In this document: in pieces, positions 29,360 through 37,846 of the stretch
Layout: each line of letters begins with the position of its first letter
Numbering within the stretch: the stretch's first letter is position 1
Assembly (NCBI GenBank): GCA_947495975.1
Contig: CANMBE010000009.1
Span: 14,560 to 78,559 of the forward strand
From: Ignavibacteria bacterium
GTDB lineage: Bacteria > Bacteroidota > Ignavibacteria > Kapaibacteriales > Kapaibacteriaceae
Length of the DNA stretch: 64,000 nt
Direction: 5' to 3'
Program-made: the position numbers and the translations under genes
Notes under the pieces: generated by a model
Told to the model about the DNA's origin: nothing
Database searches by the model: none
What the model saw: only the letters and a program-made list of their open reading frames with translations

Positions 29360-30529
29360 TTACGTCAGACGTTCACGAACACTGTAACGCTGATGTTCTA
29401 AATTGTTTTTAACAATGAGCTCGCCAATAAGTCCGATGGAAATAAGCTGCACACCAACAATGATCATGGCAATACCAAACAATGCAAGAGGTCTATTACT
29501 GAGGCTTGTGCGGCCAAGAAACCACTCAACGGCAAGGTAAAGATCCGTTATCAAACCCACAATGGCAAACAATGACCCAACAGCACCGAAGAAGTGCAAT
29601 GGACGCTTGATATAGCGGGTTGTAAACATCACGGTAAGTAGATCGAGATAACCTTTAAGAAAACGACTTACCCCAAACTTAGACGAACCATACTGACGAG
29701 CACGATGGAGGACGGGGATCTCAGTTACGCGGAAGCCTTCCCAATGAGCCAAGGCCGGGATATAGCGGTGCATTTCACCATATACCTGAACGTTATTTAC
29801 TACTTCGCGCCGATACGCCTTGAGTCCGCAGTTGAAATCGTGAAGTCTGATCCCGCTCATCTTTGACGTTACAGAATTGAAGAGCTTTGAGGGAATAGTT
29901 TTGTGCCATGGATCGTGCCGCTTGCGTTTCCAGCCAGAGACGAGGTCATATCCCTCATCTAGTTTGGCGATCATCGCCGGTATTTCATTTGGGTCGTCTT
30001 GCAAATCGGCATCCATCGTAATAACAATATCGCCCTTGCTTTCTGCAAACCCAATTGCAAGAGCGGCCGACTTACCATGATTTGTTCGAAAACGAATTGC
30101 TTTAAAGCGATTGTTTCTCGTGTGAATGTCTTGAATGACACGGAATGAGTCGTCAGTAGAACCGTCATCTATAAACAACACTTCGTAGCGTCCTCTTGAG
30201 ACACGTTCTAATACCGACTCAAGTTGACGAGACAACTCAGGCAGTGACTCTGCTTCATTGAGCAATGGAATGATCACTGATATCGTGGAGTCACTCATCT
30301 GCTGCCCACGTGAACGGCGCTCACCTCGAGGATGATGGCGTTGTTGATCGTGTCTACGGTTTTCTTGACGGGGCTGATCAGCCCGCACATGTTCCTGCCG
30401 CGGTTGGTCCTGGCGCAACTCACCTTCGTGAGTATCACCACCGGGTTGTCCTTGATTTGCGCCGGATTCAGGACGCCTTCTTGGCCTTCGCCTGCGAGAC
30501 GGCCTTTGATTGTTTTGCTCTTCACTCAT
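29360..30529 (-). CDS. GT2 polyprenyl-phosphate glycosyltransferase (ArnC/GtrB/DPM-like) with a ~77-aa Arg/Gln-rich N-terminal extension
   Basis: ISVIIPLLNE, IDDGSTD, HGKSAAL, MDADLQDDP, DFNCGLKAYR, GEMHRYIP, two C-terminal TMs. Confidence 0.9.
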   Translation of the reverse strand: MSEEQNNQRPSRRRRPRRRPESGANQGQPGGDTHEGELRQDQPRQEHVRADQPRQENRRHDQQRHHPRGERRSRGQQMSDSTISVIIPLLNEAESLPELSRQLESVLERVSRGRYEVLFIDDGSTDDSFRVIQDIHTRNNRFKAIRFRTNHGKSAALAIGFAESKGDIVITMDADLQDDPNEIPAMIAKLDEGYDLVSGWKRKRHDPWHKTIPSKLFNSVTSKMSGIRLHDFNCGLKAYRREVVNNVQVYGEMHRYIPALAHWEGFRVTEIPVLHRARQYGSSKFGVSRFLKGYLDLLTVMFTTRYIKRPLHFFGAVGSLFAIVGLITDLYLAVEWFLGRTSLSNRPLALFGIAMIIVGVQLISIGLIGELIVKNNLEHQRYSVRERLT

Positions 30530-30550
30530 TACATCTGTTCCTTCATTGCG

Positions 30551-31330
30551 TTATCGGCGTACAATGCTTTTGTGTATCACATTGCCGTTCGGAAGGAGCA
30601 CTCGAACAACGTAGAGTCCAATGGCCGCGTTGGTAAGGTTGAGTATATCATGACACGACGTAATGGTCTTTTGCTCAACGAGTGCGCCCTGTGTGGACAT
30701 AACTGATATTGATGATCCATCAACCATACCATCGAAGTATACCATGTCACTTGTTGGGTTCGGATACATATGTAGTTCAGAGCTTGCGTCTTCTTCTACA
30801 CTCGTTGTTGTGCCGTTATACCACACCAACACCTTCATGCGCCTAATTGCCGGGTTGTCTGTGCTGTACGATGCACCCGGTTCCATCTTCACTTTGATAA
30901 AGTTGTTAGGGAAGTCAGTAAGTGCATCTGTAAGGTATGCCGAATCTACGTGAACGGGAAAAGAGTTTCTCCATGTCACATTAAGCCGTCCTCCGTCCCA
31001 AAGTACGTTTACGTCGTAGTCCTCCCTGAATTGCACATTTGGTACAAGACGTCGAATGTCTTTTGGGCTCATCCACAAATAGTCGGAAGAAGGTGGAACC
31101 GTATAGACAACGTGCACCCCCGCCGGAGGCGGTATTGACGGTATTTCGCTTTCACCCAAGGCTGTATCTACTTCTGCTGTTCCCAGGGGATGAGCTGCAA
31201 ACGTAAACGTAAAGCTCTTACTTCCAATTGGAGTTACGTTAACAAACGTCATTGGAAACTCAACCATCTGTGCCACTACGGTGCACGAGAGTATGAGAGT
31301 CATAACAAACGTAGCGATGAGACGAAACAT
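30551..31330 (-). CDS. Small T9SS cargo (259 aa) with one 'ELPPxP'-like domain
   Basis: TVVA|Q signal; VDTALGESEIPSIPPPAG; CTD MYPNPTSD...QGALV...GLYVVRV...KSIVR. Confidence 0.75.
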   Translation of the reverse strand: MFRLIATFVMTLILSCTVVAQMVEFPMTFVNVTPIGSKSFTFTFAAHPLGTAEVDTALGESEIPSIPPPAGVHVVYTVPPSSDYLWMSPKDIRRLVPNVQFREDYDVNVLWDGGRLNVTWRNSFPVHVDSAYLTDALTDFPNNFIKVKMEPGASYSTDNPAIRRMKVLVWYNGTTTSVEEDASSELHMYPNPTSDMVYFDGMVDGSSISVMSTQGALVEQKTITSCHDILNLTNAAIGLYVVRVLLPNGNVIHKSIVRR

Positions 31331-31345
31331 GTTTGAACCTATCCC

Positions 31346-31384
31346 AAAAAAGAAAGGGCAGCAGTAACCTGCTGCCCTTTTCTT
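31346..31384 (-). terminator. Intrinsic terminator after the 1035-aa gene
   Basis: Perfect 12-bp stem AAAGGGCAGCAG/CTGCTGCCCTTT (31353-31364/31369-31380), 4-nt loop, U-rich tail on the minus strand. Confidence 0.85.
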
Positions 31385-31404
31385 AATAATTCAATCCGAA
31401 CTCT

Positions 31405-34400
31405 TTAGCGAACGATTGACACCGAGCTTGTTGCCGTTGTGCCATTAAGTGTGACCTTAACGATGTAGCGACCTTGAGCAAGAGCGGCTGTATTCATATC
31501 GAAGCCATAGATACCGGCGGATTTTTCATCGTTAACGATGGTTGAGACAAGTTGTCCAACTGCATCGTACACAGAAACATTTACCTGACCCGCTTGTGGC
31601 AGTGTTACGTTCACCATACCAACATTGCTGGCTGGATTAGGCGATACAGATACCGTAAGCGAAGTAACGTCTGTTTCTTGTCCGTTGAGGCGAATGTATG
31701 GTGTGCGAGCGTCCGTAATTGTGATCGTGTTGTTACGACCAGCTACGATTGTACCAAGAACCTGACCAGAGATCGGATTCGTTACTACATACGAACGACT
31801 TGCATTGTTAACCGTTACCGAGATTGGGAACGTTACACCTTGCAATTGAATCATCGGGTTCTCATCATCATTGATGTACGTCTGATCAGAGAAGCGCACG
31901 TCAAAGAGATTGTTTGGTGGTGGTGGTGGCAATTCAAACACATTACGTGCCTCAAGTGAACCTTGCTTGGCTATGAAGACTTCACCGGTCTTCTCATCAT
32001 TGTCACTAATCGTAACACGTGTTGAGTTTGATGTAATGATGTCTCGTACGCCAGAGAAGTTTACGCCACTCTTGCCAAGTGTACCGCAACACATCGATAG
32101 ATATGCTTGACCACTAATCTTCATCCAATAGCCGAGTCCCGGGATGATTTCACTCACAGCTTGATATCCACGACCAGTTACATATCCGTAGATGTCGCCA
32201 ACAATTGCTGGGAATGCACCTGATCCGAATGGAAGCAGGGTTACGTTTTGCGTTGATGTTGGTGAGGAAAGCGAACCAATCGTGTTCCAACCATCATACA
32301 TACGTGTAGGGAAGATCTGATCGTTGATGTTGCGAATGCGCGAACCAGCAACCGTCTTGTCTAGATCGTCAGAGTACTTCACAAAGTAGCCAATACCAGG
32401 AGCAACGTTAATATCGTTTGCCTGATATGAGTTCTGGGTGAACTTGATCGGGGTATTGAGGGCGTTCTTAAAGACGTCCTTCCAATAGCTCGAAGAAGGA
32501 TTTACAGGAACAGAAAGGAGGTTCCAGCCCTTACTAATTACAGGGAACAGAGCAACCTTCGGAAGTGTGTATTCAATAACGAATGCATCAATGTCTGCAT
32601 CACGAATAGTGAATGACTGCTTCGTTCCACCCAGGACTGTACCTTGAAGCATGTTTACGTTAAAACGTGAACCGTTAAGAATGTCACGGATGTACAGGTC
32701 TGAACTTGGTGTAAACTCATCAGTATCCCATGATACAACCACTGGATAGTTAAGCGGGCTTCCAGCGTTGAATTTACATGTGTATTGGATTGTTGTGTCT
32801 GTGTAAATCGAACGGATGTCGCGCGACGAACCTTTTGGTCGTTGGGCAGATGCAGTCCAGAGATCACCAAGACCATACTGATATATATCAGCGCCATCTT
32901 TATCCTTTGGATACCAGCGTGCGCCGAACGAGTTCAGCGGAGTTGCATATACTGTTTCACCAAAGAGTGTATCAACGAATTCTGTAGCACGGTTGCCTAC
33001 TCCGAACGTAATAAATGTACGCTCAAGTGGACTATTCGAGTTACGGATATCAAGCGTTACACCACGGCCAAGAAACTCTTGACCACGTTGCCAATTATTG
33101 TTCTCGTCGAAGATGTTCGGCTCGTATGGCGTGCGGAAGTAAATGAACGTGACTTTAACACGAACTGGTGTTACATCAAGCGATGTAGACTTGAAAGAGA
33201 TATAGCCTACATACGTGCCGGTAACTTCTTGATCATCTCCGTTTGGAAGCTCATTAGGATCACAAATGATGCGGAAATTCAGATCTCGCTGACCTACCGT
33301 TGGATCACTAAATGGAGTTACACCCAGTGTTGTACCAAGAATACCTTTGTCCATGTATTGGATGTATCCTTCGCGCACTGGCTGTGCAAACGGATTAATC
33401 TCGCCTTGGCCGCCCTTGAGGAACGACTTGAACTTGAGCCACTTCGAATCAGACTGAACAACGATTTCGTAGGCACGAGTACCTGTAACCGTGTTGATCA
33501 CGTCTATATCGCGTGTTCCAAGACCACTTGGTTGATCATCGTAGTTGCTACCGTAGTCAATCGTAATAGGATCAACAACGAACCACTGTGAACCACCAGA
33601 TTGATTAACTGAGTCTACGAGTCGGAATGCTGGATTAGAAACGTTCGTGAATGACAAACGTGGAGAAATGTCTGTTACTTCCAGCCAAATCATACCCGGC
33701 TTTGAAGGACGGAGCGGATCGCGAATTTGCTCTTGTCCAAGACCATCAGTGAAGTAGTTATCTACACCACCAAGACCAGCAAATTCACCCGGAGCACCGT
33801 CACCTGGGAATGCAAGTTCGCGTCCCATTTGGAAATCGTTGTAGTACAAGGTATCACTCGTAAGAATGATTGGTGTACGTGAGCTTTCTTGATTGAGCGA
33901 CGGGTTGGCAACAACTCTGAAGCGCAAATAGATGAGCTCTGTAAATGGACGTTGATCGCATGGTTGCGAAACATCGCCTGTTTGAGGTAGAGCTCTCGAT
34001 GAAACGCCGGTAACCAATGCGCGCTTGCCACGAAGACGGTTCTGAACCGGAGCAGCGATTACACTTTGAAATGTTGTGTCACGAGCAACGAACACCGTGT
34101 ATTCAAAATCACGACCTAGGCAACCTAGTGGTGAAAATTGTGGGCCACGATTAGGGCCATTCTTATCAACGCCAATCATTTCAAGAGCCGTGCTGTCATA
34201 CTGCACTTTAAACTTAAAGCTGTAGATCGGGAAGGCCTTGTACTCAGATGTTGAGCGCCAACAGTTTTTGATGAAGACCGGAACAAGAAGTTCGCGGTCA
34301 CCATTCGAACCACGGCTTGAAGTCCAGATGCGACCATCAGGATAATATGTTTGGTTCCATCCACCACCAGAACCTGTCAGCGAGAGCGTCGGCAGCTCGG

Positions 34401-34512
34401 GCTTGTTCGTTTGTGCTTGAAGCACTTGCGAGCCGAAGCTGATCAATGCTGCAAGCAGGAGAACAACGCCGAGCTTGGCGTGGCCACTCCAAAGAGCATA
34501 TTGACGATTCAT
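31405..34512 (-). CDS. T9SS cargo (about 1035 aa): N-terminal cohesin-like domain, Ig-like domain, two ELPP-type domains, CTD
   Basis: Start moved to MNRQ (GAGGA upstream); VLQA|Q; LLVPVFIKN...YSFKFKVQYDSTAL...LIYLRFRV cohesin-like; SKGWNLLSVPV/DGWNTIGS repeats; VSPNPASN...YDAVGQLV...GRYIVKV CTD. Confidence 0.75.
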   Translation of the reverse strand: MNRQYALWSGHAKLGVVLLLAALISFGSQVLQAQTNKPELPTLSLTGSGGGWNQTYYPDGRIWTSSRGSNGDRELLVPVFIKNCWRSTSEYKAFPIYSFKFKVQYDSTALEMIGVDKNGPNRGPQFSPLGCLGRDFEYTVFVARDTTFQSVIAAPVQNRLRGKRALVTGVSSRALPQTGDVSQPCDQRPFTELIYLRFRVVANPSLNQESSRTPIILTSDTLYYNDFQMGRELAFPGDGAPGEFAGLGGVDNYFTDGLGQEQIRDPLRPSKPGMIWLEVTDISPRLSFTNVSNPAFRLVDSVNQSGGSQWFVVDPITIDYGSNYDDQPSGLGTRDIDVINTVTGTRAYEIVVQSDSKWLKFKSFLKGGQGEINPFAQPVREGYIQYMDKGILGTTLGVTPFSDPTVGQRDLNFRIICDPNELPNGDDQEVTGTYVGYISFKSTSLDVTPVRVKVTFIYFRTPYEPNIFDENNNWQRGQEFLGRGVTLDIRNSNSPLERTFITFGVGNRATEFVDTLFGETVYATPLNSFGARWYPKDKDGADIYQYGLGDLWTASAQRPKGSSRDIRSIYTDTTIQYTCKFNAGSPLNYPVVVSWDTDEFTPSSDLYIRDILNGSRFNVNMLQGTVLGGTKQSFTIRDADIDAFVIEYTLPKVALFPVISKGWNLLSVPVNPSSSYWKDVFKNALNTPIKFTQNSYQANDINVAPGIGYFVKYSDDLDKTVAGSRIRNINDQIFPTRMYDGWNTIGSLSSPTSTQNVTLLPFGSGAFPAIVGDIYGYVTGRGYQAVSEIIPGLGYWMKISGQAYLSMCCGTLGKSGVNFSGVRDIITSNSTRVTISDNDEKTGEVFIAKQGSLEARNVFELPPPPPNNLFDVRFSDQTYINDDENPMIQLQGVTFPISVTVNNASRSYVVTNPISGQVLGTIVAGRNNTITITDARTPYIRLNGQETDVTSLTVSVSPNPASNVGMVNVTLPQAGQVNVSVYDAVGQLVSTIVNDEKSAGIYGFDMNTAALAQGRYIVKVTLNGTTATSSVSIVR

Positions 34513-34547
34513 AGGAAAATCCTCAGATGAGTTGATCAAGAGATTCT

Positions 34548-35690
34548 TCATTTCATTTCCATTGTAACTGTTCTTTTCTTGCCACAGCGACTTACAACAA
34601 AGTAAAGGCCATGTGGAAGACCATGCATCGATAAAAACGTTTCATTCGTTAGTTGATCGCTTGTTGAACCAACAAGCTGACCCATTGCGTTGAAAACATT
34701 TATGCTATTCGTCTGTCCATGGTCACAATAACATCTTGCTATCTGATCGATAATCAGAAGATTATTATTGCGTTCATCGGCAGAGGATGAAACACGTACG
34801 GTTGGGTTTTCAGTTTTGATCACTACACTGTCAGTCAGCTTCGGCCAAACACACGTACAAGAATCCTGAATTGAAAGCTTGGAAGTAATCAAGACCTTTT
34901 CGTTGAGACTCGTAGTAACATTTCGGAAGGTTGCTTCTATCCTTGGCTGCGCATTCCCACTTTGTTTAAACGCTACATGAAGTTCGCCGTTACTACGCTC
35001 TGTACGTAGGATAGTTGCGCCTGTCATTTCAATCAATGTCACAATCGCTTTTGATGTATCACTGTTGTTGATTGTTGCGATTGCTGAAATATTTGATAGA
35101 CCTGGAAGCCGCACATCAAACGCCACCATACCAACACTATCATTCCCAAGAATTATAACACTGTCTTCTTCAATCCACATACCTACATCATTTCTCATTT
35201 TCGCAGCTGCTATTGAAATAATCGGCTCGTTCTTAAAAACGGTGACGAGACGTTTAAATTCACTGTTGAAACTTGGTGGCCAAGGAATAGACAAAGTGTC
35301 TAGATCGGAGCAGTTTCCAGCAAAGTTTCCAGCTACAGCAAATACCGGCTTGTCTCCCACCATAGGTGTGATGATGTTAAAACCTGCAATCCTCATCTCT
35401 CCTTTAACAACAAGGTTCATTGTTGGCTTAAAGTCGAGATTCGCAGAAAGAGTACCTTCTGTGAGCAAATCAATCGGATGAGTGATTGATGAGTCATACC
35501 CAATCGTAATGTCAAAGGACATGAGGCTATCTCGGGAGGTTATCCTCCCTAGTGTTGGAGCGATAAGCCATCGCCGTTCCGAAGAACACACGTCAACGAT
35601 ACGTAAGGAACGAACCGTCATCGTGTCCTGAGCGGCGAGGTTGCTGGCCGTCATAAAGACGGCCAGCATACACATCACCAATTTTTTCAT
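34548..35690 (-). CDS. T9SS cargo (380 aa) with one clear and one degenerate cohesin-like domain
   Basis: NLAA|Q; SLMSFDITIGYDSS...TEGTLS...GEMRIAGF...GDKPVFAV; degenerate CTD VFNAMGQLV...HGLYFVV. Confidence 0.7.
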   Translation of the reverse strand: MKKLVMCMLAVFMTASNLAAQDTMTVRSLRIVDVCSSERRWLIAPTLGRITSRDSLMSFDITIGYDSSITHPIDLLTEGTLSANLDFKPTMNLVVKGEMRIAGFNIITPMVGDKPVFAVAGNFAGNCSDLDTLSIPWPPSFNSEFKRLVTVFKNEPIISIAAAKMRNDVGMWIEEDSVIILGNDSVGMVAFDVRLPGLSNISAIATINNSDTSKAIVTLIEMTGATILRTERSNGELHVAFKQSGNAQPRIEATFRNVTTSLNEKVLITSKLSIQDSCTCVWPKLTDSVVIKTENPTVRVSSSADERNNNLLIIDQIARCYCDHGQTNSINVFNAMGQLVGSTSDQLTNETFLSMHGLPHGLYFVVSRCGKKRTVTMEMK

Positions 35691-35713
35691 CTTGACTATT
35701 GCAGCACGTTCGA

Positions 35714-37765
35714 TTAACGAACTACTGTAACCATGCCTGACGCATTTACTCCAGCACCATTAACACGAATCACGTATGTACCAGGAGCAACAAGTGTGCC
35801 TGTTACGTCCGTTCCGTTCCATGTTGTTGAGAGGGTACCAGCTTGAGCAGCCGCATCAAAAATTGTGTTCACGAGTTTGCCAAACGTATCATAGACACGA
35901 ACGACAACTGAACCAGCTTCTGAAAGTGTCACTGCCATTGACATGTTTACAGACATTGGATTTGGATAGACCAAAACGGCTGATCCAGATTCATTCTCTA
36001 CCATGCTAATAGTGTGTGAACCAACTCCAGCTTCGTTGAAACGAATGTTCGAGAAGTTGAATGTTGACTTTTCTTTCAATGTTACGAATGCAACAGGTTG
36101 TGATACATCAAATGTGCCATTACCTGAAACCACAGCGATGTCTACACTCTTGTCAATTGCAACGGCGCTATTCTCGTTCATCACAGGTGTGACGTCTACG
36201 ATTTCACCATCGGTCTCAAAGCGAATACCAAAAGCACCATTATGGTTGGCATTCATAAAAACAGGAATGCGAACAAGGCCGTTACCAATCTTCGATGGCT
36301 CACCAAATGCTACATCAGTTGCAGCCTTCTTGGTGTCTACCATGCCAAAGTCTGGTCCGGTTGTGTCATTATCATAAATCCACGGTAGATATGGAAGTCT
36401 ACCTGAGATGTAACGCATGATAAGACCAGCGTCATACTCAGTTACTTCATAATAGATCTGGTTCAAGCTGCTAACGTCCGGAGCTTTACCTGAAGTACCA
36501 TAAAGCCCATCGCCTTCATACATAACGCGAACAACTTGCTTTCCTGTGTTTGCACCAACACCCTGGCCAGGGAAGTACTGCTCATTGTCGATTGTACGAC
36601 GCCAGATAACAATCCTTCCGCCCAACGTTGAATCAGCAGAGAAATCTCTCTTGAGCTTCGTGAAATAGTAACGACCTGAGTGATTTACATCACCTTGGTA
36701 CGCTTGACGCTTCCACACAGAATCAAGGGGTTTTTTCTTTACAATAGAACTCATGATGACGCGAGCATCATTTGCAGTTACTCGGCGGTTCTGTGGTAGA
36801 CCATCATGACGCTGACCAGCAGCTGCAGATGTATCTGAGTCACCAAAACCCCACATATCAAATGTGAGATACACGATCGAGTTAAAGCGAATACGTGCAT
36901 CCGAGCGTCCGCCAGAAGGCTGCCATGCTGATGTTGAATCAGTACGCGTGTTTCCTCCTAATGCTGGCTTCCAAAAAAGTCCGTTCCAGAAGTCTGCAAG
37001 GTATCCAGAGAATCCACCATCGCCTTTGATACCAACCGTTGCACCACGTGTTACAACTGTTGTATTCGTAGTGTTTGGATTTCCACCAACTTGACCATAG
37101 GCAAGTTCAATTGCACCTTGGTTGTTGTTCGCTTGACCACCGAGATAAAGACGAGCTTGGAAGTTTCCAACGCTTGAATTTACCGTGGCTACATTAATGT
37201 TCAGATTTTTCCACTGAACAATCAAGCAAGGACGAGTTGGCTTCATCGTATCGCAATTCTCATCACGATCTACATCAATGACCCACGATATCTCAGATGA
37301 CATATAGCCAGCGTTAAAATCGTTTCCTGTACGAATGCGGTGATCGCCCCAGTATGGTGCGATTACATTGCTAGGATAAGACGACGAATTGGTGAAGAGG
37401 CCTTGCGGCTGCTTTGCAGAAACAAGTCTCGTGTTATCAAACGTCAAAAATCCATTAATACTAACAAACACACCCGTGTAGAGGCGTCCGTTATAATTGT
37501 ACGATACACCGGAAGGGAACTGGATGAAGGCATAGCCATCATCGAGGTCATTCACGAATGTAGGTGCAAGAACGAATTGCGATGGAGCGAGTACTGTCTT
37601 GTTCAAGAGCGAAGTAGGGCAGCTGTTGATATCCCGGTATGGAAGACCAACGACGAGTTCTGGCTGGTGGAACTGATTGAAAATCTGTTGCGCCATACCA
37701 TCCACTGCACCGATCGCGATTGAACAGAGTACAATCGCCGCAGCAATAAATACCTGTTTCTTCAT
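35714..37765 (-). CDS. T9SS cargo (683 aa): NIDO/nidogen-like domain, dockerin-like domain with insertions, cohesin-like domain, FlgD-Ig/CTD
   Basis: DGMA|Q; DDGYAFI...VSINGFLTF...NVIAPYWGD...IVQWKN...FQARLY (NIDO-like); VTANDARVIM, GDVNHSG, VTEYDAGLIMRYISG (dockerin); LVRIPVF; VYPNPMS...WNGTD...PGTYVIRV; GGAGT upstream. Confidence 0.75.
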   Translation of the reverse strand: MKKQVFIAAAIVLCSIAIGAVDGMAQQIFNQFHQPELVVGLPYRDINSCPTSLLNKTVLAPSQFVLAPTFVNDLDDGYAFIQFPSGVSYNYNGRLYTGVFVSINGFLTFDNTRLVSAKQPQGLFTNSSSYPSNVIAPYWGDHRIRTGNDFNAGYMSSEISWVIDVDRDENCDTMKPTRPCLIVQWKNLNINVATVNSSVGNFQARLYLGGQANNNQGAIELAYGQVGGNPNTTNTTVVTRGATVGIKGDGGFSGYLADFWNGLFWKPALGGNTRTDSTSAWQPSGGRSDARIRFNSIVYLTFDMWGFGDSDTSAAAGQRHDGLPQNRRVTANDARVIMSSIVKKKPLDSVWKRQAYQGDVNHSGRYYFTKLKRDFSADSTLGGRIVIWRRTIDNEQYFPGQGVGANTGKQVVRVMYEGDGLYGTSGKAPDVSSLNQIYYEVTEYDAGLIMRYISGRLPYLPWIYDNDTTGPDFGMVDTKKAATDVAFGEPSKIGNGLVRIPVFMNANHNGAFGIRFETDGEIVDVTPVMNENSAVAIDKSVDIAVVSGNGTFDVSQPVAFVTLKEKSTFNFSNIRFNEAGVGSHTISMVENESGSAVLVYPNPMSVNMSMAVTLSEAGSVVVRVYDTFGKLVNTIFDAAAQAGTLSTTWNGTDVTGTLVAPGTYVIRVNGAGVNASGMVTVVR

Positions 37766-37807
37766 AGATACTCCAAGATTTACAACTTGTTGTTATTCGT
37801 GACGGTA

Positions 37808-37837
37808 GATTGGGGCCGGAAATTTTCCGACCCCATC
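37808..37837 (-). promoter_or_regulatory. Intercistronic stem-loop without a U-tail
   Basis: Minus-strand RNA GGGGUCGGAA-AAU-UUCCGGCCCC: 10 bp, fully paired only on the transcribed strand (one G.U pair). Confidence 0.6.
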
Positions 37838-37846
37838 GTTGAAGCT

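Noticed and set aside
31913-31930. (GGT)n run as a microsatellite or phase-variation site
   Set aside because: It is an in-frame poly-Pro (ELPPPPP) of the repeated domain; triplet changes would not shift the frame.
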